Positions 16,510-24,000 of a stretch of DNA of 24,000 bases are shown in pieces. The notes beneath the pieces were generated by a model. It was not told where the DNA came from. It did not search any database and saw only the letters and a list, made by a program, of their open reading frames with translations. The stretch lies in assembly GCF_042510965.1 (NCBI RefSeq), contig NZ_JBEUKS010000001.1:394554-418553 (forward strand), in the 5' to 3' direction. The translations under genes and the position numbers were made by a program. The first letter of the stretch is position 1; the number at the start of each line of letters is the position of its first letter. This DNA comes from Streptacidiphilus jeojiensis. Lineage in GTDB: Bacteria; Actinomycetota; Actinomycetes; Streptomycetales; Streptomycetaceae.

Positions 16510-16525
16510 TAGGAAGGCTTCTTAA
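16510..16525. promoter_or_regulatory. Degenerate copy of the same palindrome
   Basis: TAGGAAGGCTTCTTAA: the right arm has 2 mismatches. It lies 38 nt downstream of a GTCTTGACA motif (16463-16471). Confidence 0.3.
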
Positions 16526-16670
16526 CTAACCCTCCCCGAGCCCTTCCTGACGATGGATCACCCCCTCCCCGATCTGCCGCCGTGCGACAAATGGTGCGGA
16601 CGCGACCAAGAGAACTTCCCAGTTCAAATGTCTTGACAGGGACGCGTAAACGAAACGACCCTAAATCTCG

Positions 16671-16687
16671 TTAGGAAAGTTTCCTAA
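16671..16687. promoter_or_regulatory. CsnR-type operator-like palindrome, proximal copy, immediately upstream of the chitosanase gene
   Basis: TTAGGAAAGTTTCCTAA: perfect 8-bp arms around a central G. It lies 32 nt downstream of a second GTCTTGACA motif (16630-16638) and about 34 nt upstream of the ATG at 16721. Confidence 0.65.
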
Positions 16688-16720
16688 TAATCAACCCCAC
16701 CGATGGAGGTCTCCACCGCT

Positions 16721-17941
16721 ATGTCACCGACCCGTACGCGCCTTGCCATAGGCATCGCCGCGGCTCTGGCGCTCGCCACCCCGCTCGCCCTCGCGAACGC
16801 CGACGCCGCCACGACCCCCGCCACCGTCAGGGCTGCCTCGGCCGCGGCGCCGGCGGCCGCCACCTCGTACACCCCCGCCGAGGTGCTGGCCGGCATCCAG
16901 AAGAACTCGACAAGCGCGACGCAGGTCAACACCAAGCCCCACATCAACACGATGACCCGGGCTCAGAACGTGAACGTGTACCAAGTCGCCTCGGGCGTCT
17001 ACGCCTACACCTCCAGCATGGCCATCGACACCGACGGCAGCGACTCCGACCCGGACCCCGACCACCAGGGCGACACCACCTGGCAGGACAGCAACGGGCA
17101 GGCCCTGGGCGCCCACCACGTCCCCTTCTACGTGCTGGGCGACGACTGCTGGGACCGTACCTCCCCCTGCCCGCACTTCTTCTACAAGGAACGCGGCATG
17201 TCGGGCCGTCAGTTCGCGCTGATGTTCTACAACGGCAAGGTCATCGGCTCGATCTTCGGAGACACCCAGACCGCGAACAACCAGACCACCTCGGACAACG
17301 ACTCCCGCGAACTGGGCGAAGCATCCGTCAAGGCCGCCCAGCTGCTGGGCATCCCCAGCAGCGGCACCACCGGTGGCGTCGACAGCGGCGTGACCGTGGT
17401 GATGTTCTCCGGCTCGTCCTGGGTCGTCAACGGCACCAACGCCACCCTGAACGACAACGCGCAGGCCCTGGTCCAGAAGGCTCTGGACACCCTCGGCTCA
17501 AGCATGGCGGGAGGCACGCCGCCCAGCAGCCCGCCGCCGTCGAGCCCTCCGCCGACGACTCCGCCGACCGGTGGGAACAAGTCGTACGAGGCCGAGGCGG
17601 CGGCCCTGGCCGGCGGCACGACGGTCACCAACTGCGCGCACTGCTCGGGCGGCAAGAAGCTCAGCTACCTGGGCAACGGCGGCACCGCCACCTTCACCGG
17701 GGTCACCGAGCCCACCGCGGGCAGCTACACCATGACCGTCTCCTTCATGAGCGTCGGTCAGGCCCGGTCGGCGGTGGTCACCGTCAACGGCGTGAACCAG
17801 ACCGTCAGCTTCCCCGAGACGCCCGACTACAACACCGTCGTCACCAAGAACGTCACCGTCCAGCTCAAGGCCGGCAGCAACACCATCGAGTTCTCCAACC
17901 CCACCGCCGGCGCCCCCAACCTCGACCGCATCGTCGTCTGA
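16721..17941 (+). CDS. Secreted GH75-family chitosanase with a Pro/Ser-rich linker and a C-terminal CBM6/CBM35-like carbohydrate-binding module
   Basis: Signal peptide MSPTRTRLAIGIAAALALATPLALANA. GH75-like core (SSMAIDTDGSD..., FGDTQ...LGEASVKAAQLLGI). Linker PPSSPPPSSPPPTTPP. C-terminal YEAEAAALAGGTTV...GSYTMTV...VTVNG...LKAGSNTIEFSN...PNLDRIVV is typical of CBM35/6. The track ORF starts 18 nt earlier, at 16703. Confidence 0.8.
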   Translation: MSPTRTRLAIGIAAALALATPLALANADAATTPATVRAASAAAPAAATSYTPAEVLAGIQKNSTSATQVNTKPHINTMTRAQNVNVYQVASGVYAYTSSMAIDTDGSDSDPDPDHQGDTTWQDSNGQALGAHHVPFYVLGDDCWDRTSPCPHFFYKERGMSGRQFALMFYNGKVIGSIFGDTQTANNQTTSDNDSRELGEASVKAAQLLGIPSSGTTGGVDSGVTVVMFSGSSWVVNGTNATLNDNAQALVQKALDTLGSSMAGGTPPSSPPPSSPPPTTPPTGGNKSYEAEAAALAGGTTVTNCAHCSGGKKLSYLGNGGTATFTGVTEPTAGSYTMTVSFMSVGQARSAVVTVNGVNQTVSFPETPDYNTVVTKNVTVQLKAGSNTIEFSNPTAGAPNLDRIVV

Positions 17942-17961
17942 GAGCCGGCCACCACCCGTCA

Positions 17962-17997
17962 CGACCGGCGGCGGCACGGCCCACAGCCGCCGCCGGT
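17962..17997. terminator. Bidirectional terminator-like hairpin
   Basis: Perfect 13-bp stem: GACCGGCGGCGGC (17962-17974) pairs with GCCGCCGCCGGTC (17985-17997), 10-nt loop. Confidence 0.7.
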
Positions 17998-18026
17998 CCC
18001 GCAGCCCGAAGGCGTTTCCCCCGGCG

Positions 18027-18878
18027 CTACCGCCGGTAGTCGCCGGCCTCGACTCCGAGGACGTTCAGCAGGGCCAGCGCTTCCGCGCTGCGGGAACCCT
18101 GCGGCGCGCTGTAGAGCACGAGGTTCTGGTCCCGGTCGGTGAGGGCGAGCGAGTCGCAGTCGACGGTGATCTCACCGACGACCGGGTGACGGAACGTCTT
18201 GGTGAGCATCGGCGCGGCCTGTACGTCGTGCTGCTGCCAGAGCCGGGCGAACTCGGCGCTCGAGTCCCGGAGTTCGTCGACCAGTCCGGTCACCGCGGGG
18301 TCGGACGGGTAGCGGGCGAGAGTGGATCGGAGGCTCATGACGACGTGGTGGCGGAACTCCCTGACGTCGGAGATCCCGTACAGCGTCCCGTCCACCCGGG
18401 CCGGCCGGAGGAATGCCCGGCGTGCGAGATTGCGGTCCTCCGCGGCGAGCCCGGCGAAGTCCTCCATCAGCGCGGCCGCGAGGTCGTTCCAGGCGAGCAC
18501 CTCGAACACGGCGGAGGTCACGAAAGCGGCTGTCTGCGGCAGCCGCTCCAGCAGCGCCAGGATGCTCGGGCGGACGTCGCGCCGGTGCAGTCCGGTACGA
18601 CTCGGCGCGGTACCCGCGAGGACGTGGAGGTGGTCGGACTCGGTGTCCGTGAGCCGCAGCGCGCCCGCGATCCCGGCAAGGACCTCACCCGAGGGTCGCG
18701 GCGCCCGGCCCTGCTCCAGCCGGACGTAGTACTCCGTGGAGATGTGCGCGAGCACCGCCACCTCCTCACGTCGAAGACCCGGCGTCCGGCGCCGCGAGCC
18801 CGAGGGGAGGCCGGCGTCCTCCGGCCGGAGCCGCTCGCGGCGGCTGCGGAGGAAAGCCCCGAGTTCCTGTCTGTCCAT
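18027..18878 (-). CDS. MmyB-like helix-turn-helix (XRE-type) transcriptional regulator
   Basis: MDRQELGAFLRSRRERLRPEDAGLP...RRTPGLRREEVAVLAHISTEYYVRLEQGR plus a C-terminal ligand-binding-like domain. The track ORF starts 5 codons earlier, at a GTG at 18893. Confidence 0.85.
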   Translation of the reverse strand: MDRQELGAFLRSRRERLRPEDAGLPSGSRRRTPGLRREEVAVLAHISTEYYVRLEQGRAPRPSGEVLAGIAGALRLTDTESDHLHVLAGTAPSRTGLHRRDVRPSILALLERLPQTAAFVTSAVFEVLAWNDLAAALMEDFAGLAAEDRNLARRAFLRPARVDGTLYGISDVREFRHHVVMSLRSTLARYPSDPAVTGLVDELRDSSAEFARLWQQHDVQAAPMLTKTFRHPVVGEITVDCDSLALTDRDQNLVLYSAPQGSRSAEALALLNVLGVEAGDYRR

Positions 18879-18963
18879 AGCCCAAGTGTGCACGCTGCGT
18901 GGCGGCGGATCCTGGTACTGCCTGTGCCTGCCTCCGGCCCGGTGACCGGCTCAGACTGGCGGC

Positions 18964-19758
18964 ATGACGAACAGCAACAACACGATCGACTCCGCACCCA
19001 TCGGCCTGCTCACCGGCAAGGTCGTCCTCATCACCGGTGCCAGCCGCGGCATCGGCGCGGCTGCGGCCCGGCTCTTCGCACGGGAGGGGGCCGCCGTCGT
19101 ACTCGCCGCCCGCAGCGCTGACGCCCTCGCCCGCATCGTCACCGAGGTCCGCGCCGACGGAGGCGTCGCCGACGCCGTCGCCCTGGACCTCGCCGACCGT
19201 GCGAGCGTCCGCGCCGCCGTCGACCGCGTCGAGGAACTGCACGGACGGCTCGACGGCGCGTTCAACAACGGTGCGGTCGGCCAGCAGCAACCCGGACCGC
19301 TCGACACGACGACCGACGAGGACATCGACGAGCAGTTCGCCGTGAACTTCCGCTCGCACTGGACCGCCATGAACGCCGAGGCCGCAGTCATGCGACGGAA
19401 CGGGGGCGGCGCGATCGTCAACACCTCCAGCATCGGCAGCCGCCGCGCGAACCCGGCCCTCCCTGCATACGCCGCCATGAAGCGCGCGCTCAACAGCATC
19501 ACCGAGACCGCCGCGGTCAGCTGGGCCCGGGACGGCATCCGGGTGAACGGCATCACCCCCGGCGGCACCGCCACGGAGATGATCGACGCATGGGAGGCGG
19601 CGACCCCCGGTGTCGTCGACCGGATCACGGCATCGACCCCGCTCGGACGGATGGCCGAGCCCCGCGAGATCGCCGAGGCGGCTGCCTGGCTGCTCAGCGA
19701 CCGGGCCTCGATGGTGACCGGTGCGATGGTGCCGGTCGACGGCGGCGCAGGCGCCTGA
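18964..19758 (+). CDS. SDR-family (short-chain dehydrogenase/reductase) oxidoreductase
   Basis: TGKVVLITGASRGIGAA (TGxxxGxG), NNGA, and the catalytic YAAMK (YxxxK). Confidence 0.9.
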   Translation: MTNSNNTIDSAPIGLLTGKVVLITGASRGIGAAAARLFAREGAAVVLAARSADALARIVTEVRADGGVADAVALDLADRASVRAAVDRVEELHGRLDGAFNNGAVGQQQPGPLDTTTDEDIDEQFAVNFRSHWTAMNAEAAVMRRNGGGAIVNTSSIGSRRANPALPAYAAMKRALNSITETAAVSWARDGIRVNGITPGGTATEMIDAWEAATPGVVDRITASTPLGRMAEPREIAEAAAWLLSDRASMVTGAMVPVDGGAGA

Positions 19759-19824
19759 CAGACGGGCCGTCGAACCGTCGCCGCCTCACCTGACCTGCGC
19801 CCGTGCTCACATCACCAAGTGTGC

Positions 19825-21186
19825 TCACCCTCGGCGACATCCGACCCACCGACGACCCCGTCGCCGGGAGGAACCCGGGCAACGGGACGGCCGAGGCCCG
19901 GCGGTGCCCGTGATCGGTCGCCGTTGAACCTCGAACGGAGCTGGCTGGGCCTCGGCCGGCCGAATGTGGCGGGTCGCGGACGGGAGCAGCACGGTGAAGG
20001 TGGAGCCCTTTCCAGGGCGGCTGGTGGCGGAGATCGTGCCGCCGTGGTTCTCCACGATGGTGCTGACCAGGGCCAGGCCCAGGCCGAACCGGTGTCCGCT
20101 GCCCTGCGTGCCGCGCGCCAGGCGCTCGAAGATCCGGCCTCGGTCCGCGGGGTCGAAGCCGACACCGTCGTCCGCAACGGTGAGTTCAACGGTGTGGCCG
20201 CGGTCGATGACCTCGACGACCACCTGCACCAGTCCGCCCGGGCGGGTGTGGCCGAGCGCATTGTCCACCAGGCTGGAGATCATCCGGCGCAGCGGTGAAG
20301 CTATTCCGTGGACCAGGGCGGGTTGGCCCGGTGCCCTCAGTTCGAGCGTCAGCTGCTGCTGTGCGGCGCGGGCCCGCTCGGCCTCGACGACCTCTGCCGC
20401 CAGCACGGACAGGTCCAGGCGCTCGTAGCCGGTCGACAGGGGTGTCAGGCTCGCGGAGAGCAGCAGATCGTCCAGGACCTCGGCCAATTGCGCCGAGCCG
20501 GCCACGAGCCGCTGCAGCTCCTCCGCTGTTCCGGCGCCGAACCGGTCCTGCTCTCCCCGCAGCAGGAGTTGGGCCCGGGTGTGCATCCGGGTGAGCGGGG
20601 TGCGCAGTTCGTGGCTGGCATCGGCGACGAACTCCCGTTGCTTGACCAGAGCCCTGCTCAGCGGGGAGATGGCCCGTTCGGCCAGGATCGCACCGGTGGC
20701 GAGGGCGAGCCCGAGGCCCACCAGTTCGGCGATGAGCAGGACGGTCAGCATCTGGTGTCGGTCCGCGCTCTGGTAGCGCTCGTCGAAGACGGCCTGCCGC
20801 ACTGCTCCGGAACGCTCCTCGGTGACGACGATGTAGTGCGTCCCGTTGCGGGCGACGTCGTCGGTCTGGGCCGGCCTGCCCTGTGCGGCTCGACGCAGGG
20901 CTGTGGCCAGGGGAAATCCGGGCGGGTGCTGTGCTGGTTGGTCCAGCTGTCCGGCCCGTTGGACGAACAGCCAGATGCACGGGTCGGGGCGGTCCGGGCT
21001 GCCGTGCTCCAGGGAGTAGTCCAGCGCGCGTCTGATGTCGGCCTGCTGGCGGTCCTGGAAGAGGCAGTAGCTCAGGCAGCCGAGCATCAGCACCACGACC
21101 GTGATCACTGCGGCCACCTGGGCGCCGAGCTTGATCCGCACGCGTCGCAGCACCTGTTGGTCGGTGTGCGGGGCCGGGATGTTCAC
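19825..21186 (-). CDS. Sensor histidine kinase (TM-HAMP-HisKA-HATPase_c)
   Basis: H-box SHELRTPLT, N-box LVDNALGHT, G1 DDGVGF, G2 GLGLALV. GTG start overlaps the response-regulator stop (GTGA). About 60 aa of basic/Pro-rich tail follow the ATPase domain. Confidence 0.88.
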   Translation of the reverse strand: MNIPAPHTDQQVLRRVRIKLGAQVAAVITVVVLMLGCLSYCLFQDRQQADIRRALDYSLEHGSPDRPDPCIWLFVQRAGQLDQPAQHPPGFPLATALRRAAQGRPAQTDDVARNGTHYIVVTEERSGAVRQAVFDERYQSADRHQMLTVLLIAELVGLGLALATGAILAERAISPLSRALVKQREFVADASHELRTPLTRMHTRAQLLLRGEQDRFGAGTAEELQRLVAGSAQLAEVLDDLLLSASLTPLSTGYERLDLSVLAAEVVEAERARAAQQQLTLELRAPGQPALVHGIASPLRRMISSLVDNALGHTRPGGLVQVVVEVIDRGHTVELTVADDGVGFDPADRGRIFERLARGTQGSGHRFGLGLALVSTIVENHGGTISATSRPGKGSTFTVLLPSATRHIRPAEAQPAPFEVQRRPITGTAGPRPSRCPGSSRRRGRRWVGCRRG

Positions 21187-21866
21187 AGCGTGCCGATCTG
21201 GTAGCCGTAGCCGTGGACGGTGAGCACGGCCTCGCGGCCCAGCTTGCGGCGCAGGTAGTACACGTAGGTGTCCACCAGCGACTCCGCGCTGGTGTCGGCG
21301 AAGACCCGGGCCCGCAGGTGGGCTCTTGAATGGACGCTCCGGGGCCGGAGTGCCAGGGTCAGCAGCAGGTCGAACTCACGCGGCGAGAGCTGCACGGCGC
21401 TGCCGTCGACCAGTTCGACCTGGTGCAGCTCGACGTCGAGGCGGCCGGTGCCGATGGGTAACTGCTTGGCCTCCTCCGCGAACCTTCGGGTCAACGCCCT
21501 TACCCGTGCCACCAGTTCGTCGATGTGGAACGGCTTCACCAGGTAGTCGTCGGCTCCGCCGTCCAGGCCCCGCACCCGCTCGTGGTGGTCGCCCAGTGCG
21601 GTGAGGATCAGGACTCTGGCGGTCACGGCCCTCCGCCGCAGCCGCCCGAGCAGCTCGAGGCCGTCGATGCCCGGCAGTCGACGGTCGACGACCATCACCT
21701 GGTACGGGCGGCTCAGTCCGAGGTGGAGTCCCTGCTGCCCGTCGGCGGCCAGGTCGACCGCATATCCTTCGCTGGCGAACAGCCCGCTGAGCATCGGGCC
21801 GAGTTCCCTGTCGTCCTCGACTATCAGCAGTTTCGGTGCACTTGGGGTTGAAATGGACGCGGTCAC
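21183..21866 (-). CDS. OmpR/PhoB-family response regulator
   Basis: Receiver domain LLIVEDDRELG...VMVVDRRLPGIDGLELL...ILTALG...KPF, plus a winged-helix C-terminus (LSPREFDLLLTLA...GYGYQI). Confidence 0.9.
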   Translation of the reverse strand: MTASISTPSAPKLLIVEDDRELGPMLSGLFASEGYAVDLAADGQQGLHLGLSRPYQVMVVDRRLPGIDGLELLGRLRRRAVTARVLILTALGDHHERVRGLDGGADDYLVKPFHIDELVARVRALTRRFAEEAKQLPIGTGRLDVELHQVELVDGSAVQLSPREFDLLLTLALRPRSVHSRAHLRARVFADTSAESLVDTYVYYLRRKLGREAVLTVHGYGYQIGTL

Positions 21867-21926
21867 TGTGCCGATTGTGGCATGCGCATGGAAGCCATGT
21901 CAGGCTCAGCTCAGCTATTGGAGGCC

Positions 21927-23204
21927 TCATCCGGCGTTCAAAGGCGCCTCCTCAAGCGGGTGTTCGGCGTCCTCGGGGGCCTGGCTCGCGGCACGCCGGT
22001 CCAGCAGGGCCAGTACCGGAGCGGTCATCACCGTGGTGACCAGGGCGACCAGGACCAGGGCGGTGAACAGCCGACGGTTGACGATTCCGGCCTGGAGTCC
22101 GACGTTCAGGGCGATCAGTTGCATCAGCCCGCGGGCGTTCATCAACGTTCCTAGTCGAGCCGCCGTCACCTGGGACTCCCCCCGGATCCGGGCCGCGGCC
22201 CAGCACGCCCCGAACTTCCCGACGACCGCCACGAGGACGGCTGCCAGGGAGAACAGCAGCAGGACGGGGTCGCCGAACAGCCCGAAGCGGGTGTTGAGTC
22301 CCGAGTAGGTGAAGAACATCGGCAGGAAGAGGACTCGGGTGGTGAACCCGACCGTGTGGACCACGCGTTCGGCCTGCGCGGATGCGGGCATGGCCATGCC
22401 GATGCTGAACGCTCCGAACACCGAGTACAGGCCGATCTCGTCGGTGAACCAGGCGGCGGCGAACAGCACCGCGACGGTGAGCACCAGCCTGGTCTCGTCG
22501 CCGACCGTCGGATGCGACATCACCCGGTCCAGGAAGCGTCGCAGCACCAGCAACACCACGGCGGCGAACAGCACCGCGCCCCCGACAGCCTCGATCACCG
22601 GCCAGGAGCGTCCGGTGTGCACGCTGAGCACCGCCGCCAGCAGGCACCAGGCGACCAGGTCGTCCAGGGCACCGCTGGCCAGGGCCAGTGACCCGTGCCG
22701 GCTGCCGGCCAGTCCGCGTTCAGTGATGATGCGGGCCAGCATCGGGAACGCGGTGATCGCCAGCGCCACGCCGACGAACGCCGCGGACACGGCGGAGGAG
22801 ACGCCGGGGACGAAGATCGCCACCCGCCCCCGGGCGGCGAGGGTGAGGCCGACACCGAGGGTCAGCGGCACCACGATGCCCGCGGCCGAGACCGTGAGCG
22901 CCGTGCCGGCGATCCCGCGCCCCAGGTGCGACTTGAACTCGTGTCCGGCCTGGTACATGAAGGCGACCAGGCCGACCTGCCCGACCACGTAGAGCACCGG
23001 CAGCAGCGCCGTCGGAAACAGGGCCGCCTCGGCGCGGGGGGCCAGCAGGCCCAGCAACGAGGGCCCCAGCAGCACCCCTGCGATCATCTCCCCCACCACG
23101 GGCGGCTGACCCGCCCGCGACAGGCCCCAGGAGACGGTGCGGCACACCAGCAGGATGACGACGGCGGCAAGGAAGAACCTGGGCGCGAGTTCGGTCACGG
23201 TCAC
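21927..23204 (-). CDS. Cation:proton antiporter, CPA2 (Kef/NapA-like Na+/H+ exchanger) family
   Basis: 425 aa from the GTG at 23204 (GGGAGG RBS 6 nt upstream). Polytopic: VVGEMIAGVLLGPSLLG..., ITAFPMLARII.... The 673-aa ORF in the track is this gene plus an out-of-frame shadow running over the P450 gene. Confidence 0.85.
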   Translation of the reverse strand: MTVTELAPRFFLAAVVILLVCRTVSWGLSRAGQPPVVGEMIAGVLLGPSLLGLLAPRAEAALFPTALLPVLYVVGQVGLVAFMYQAGHEFKSHLGRGIAGTALTVSAAGIVVPLTLGVGLTLAARGRVAIFVPGVSSAVSAAFVGVALAITAFPMLARIITERGLAGSRHGSLALASGALDDLVAWCLLAAVLSVHTGRSWPVIEAVGGAVLFAAVVLLVLRRFLDRVMSHPTVGDETRLVLTVAVLFAAAWFTDEIGLYSVFGAFSIGMAMPASAQAERVVHTVGFTTRVLFLPMFFTYSGLNTRFGLFGDPVLLLFSLAAVLVAVVGKFGACWAAARIRGESQVTAARLGTLMNARGLMQLIALNVGLQAGIVNRRLFTALVLVALVTTVMTAPVLALLDRRAASQAPEDAEHPLEEAPLNAG

Positions 23205-24000
23205 GAGTCGCCTCCCAGTGGCTGCGCGGCGAAGTAGCGTTGGCACAGGCGTTGGCGGCGGGCGTCCCAGACCATGTAGCTGCCCAGCAGCAGTTGCACG
23301 ACGCTGCGGCCGAGTCCCTCCCAACGGTCGCGGATCCTCATCAGGACCAGCCGGAGGCGGGGCGCGGGCGCGTCGGCGGGTGCGGACTGACGTGGTGTCA
23401 GCAGGCACGGTCCGCGATTGGGCAACGATCGGGTGTGGGCGGCGGTCGAGGCGAGGTCGAACCGGTCCAGCAGCTCCCGGGCCGCTACCCGCATGGTCCC
23501 CGGGGCGATGCCGCGGGCCGGGCAGGCACGGTTGGCGCTGATCCCGAACGGGATGTGGTTGATCTCCCGGGCCGTGATCCGAAGCCACCGGTCCGGGTCG
23601 AACACCTCGCCGTCGGCCAGTCCGGCATGCTGGTACTCGCTGTAGTTGAACAGCAGTACCGACCCCACCGGGATGGCCGCCGCTCCCTCCACCGCGATCT
23701 CGGCGGAGGTGATCCGGTGGGCGACCCCGAACAGCGGATACACCCGCAGGGCCTCCTCGATGACGCGGCCGAGGTAGGCGTCGTCGTCGGCTTCGGACCG
23801 CAGCCGCCGCTGGACGTCGGGGTGGGTGGCGATCGCCAGCAGCAGGTGCGCCATGGCTTCGGACATCTGCACCACCGCGGTGTTGAAGAACGTCCCCTGC
23901 AGGTAGTAGGCCTGTTCCCGGGTGGTGAGCGAGGCCGGGAGCACGCACGGGACCGACCCCGCGGCGACGCGGCGCTCCAGGTAGCGGGTGAGGTCGTCAC
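23201..24000 (-). CDS. Cytochrome P450-like protein; C-terminal ~266 aa only, N-terminus beyond the right edge of the window
   Basis: EXXR (EEALR), FDPDRW (PERF-like), and a Cys-ligand loop PFGISANRACPARG. The frame stays open to position 24000. The stop overlaps the antiporter GTG (GTGA at 23201-23204). Confidence 0.8.
   Translation of the reverse strand, partial: DDLTRYLERRVAAGSVPCVLPASLTTREQAYYLQGTFFNTAVVQMSEAMAHLLLAIATHPDVQRRLRSEADDDAYLGRVIEEALRVYPLFGVAHRITSAEIAVEGAAAIPVGSVLLFNYSEYQHAGLADGEVFDPDRWLRITAREINHIPFGISANRACPARGIAPGTMRVAARELLDRFDLASTAAHTRSLPNRGPCLLTPRQSAPADAPAPRLRLVLMRIRDRWEGLGRSVVQLLLGSYMVWDARRQRLCQRYFAAQPLGGDS

Noticed and set aside
16366-16512. ~48-codon plus-strand small ORF (MFHESWPCTGVLSSGC...) starting just after operator box 1
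   Set aside because: Third-position GC is only about 65%, far below genuine genes in this window. There is no RBS at a proper spacing. It is probably non-coding leader sequence.
19825-20010. ~60-aa basic/Pro-rich tail after the histidine kinase ATPase domain (possible lost stop or frameshift)
   Set aside because: I have no direct evidence of a frameshift. This is the first in-frame stop, and such tails occur in high-GC kinases. I note it only as a caveat on the 3' end.
21927-23948. 673-aa minus-strand ORF taken as a single protein
   Set aside because: Its N-terminal 248 residues are an Arg/Pro-rich out-of-frame reading across the P450 gene. The antiporter proper starts at the GTG at 23204, which has a GGGAGG RBS.
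1-24000. Search for CRISPR arrays, tRNA/rRNA genes, retron-like or toxin-antitoxin pairs, and RiPP-like precursor/enzyme clusters
   Set aside because: There are no regularly spaced direct repeats, no cloverleaf-like or rRNA-like conserved segments, and no small adjacent gene pairs with TA-like features. The only repeat families seen are the operator sets and the microsatellite reported above.

Overview
This is a high-GC (about 70%) actinomycete window, Streptomyces-like by codon usage and gene families, and looks like chromosome-arm or accessory DNA. It is densely packed with small regulator/effector modules. Reading left to right: a partial SAM methyltransferase; a small hypothetical gene divergent from a TetR gene; a DHA2 MFS exporter divergent from a second TetR, with three tandem operator-like palindromes between them; a MarR/VOC pair; a Tat-exported protein with two NTF2/SnoaL-like domains, followed by a RutE-like nitroreductase; a stand-alone, divergent L28 ribosomal-protein paralog with a ~440 bp non-coding upstream region; and a DUF1453-like membrane protein. 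Next comes an IS200/IS605-family element with a frameshifted tnpA and an apparently intact tnpB, then an orphan coding fragment. After that: two tandem DUF1206 membrane paralogs divergent from a PAP2 phosphatase/DAG-kinase fusion; an FAD monooxygenase; a DUF1062 protein; a secreted GH75 chitosanase-CBM preceded by palindromes resembling the CsnR operator; an MmyB-like regulator/SDR pair; and a minus-strand string of P450 (partial), CPA2 antiporter, OmpR-type response regulator and histidine kinase. I found no rRNA, tRNA or CRISPR array. I do not see a convincing new multi-gene system. The items most worth a second look are the TnpB element with a dead TnpA, the L28 paralog with its long leader, the chitosanase operator architecture, and the atypical P450 coupled to an antiporter and a two-component system. 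Many long ORFs in the track are GC-driven shadow frames and were rejected.
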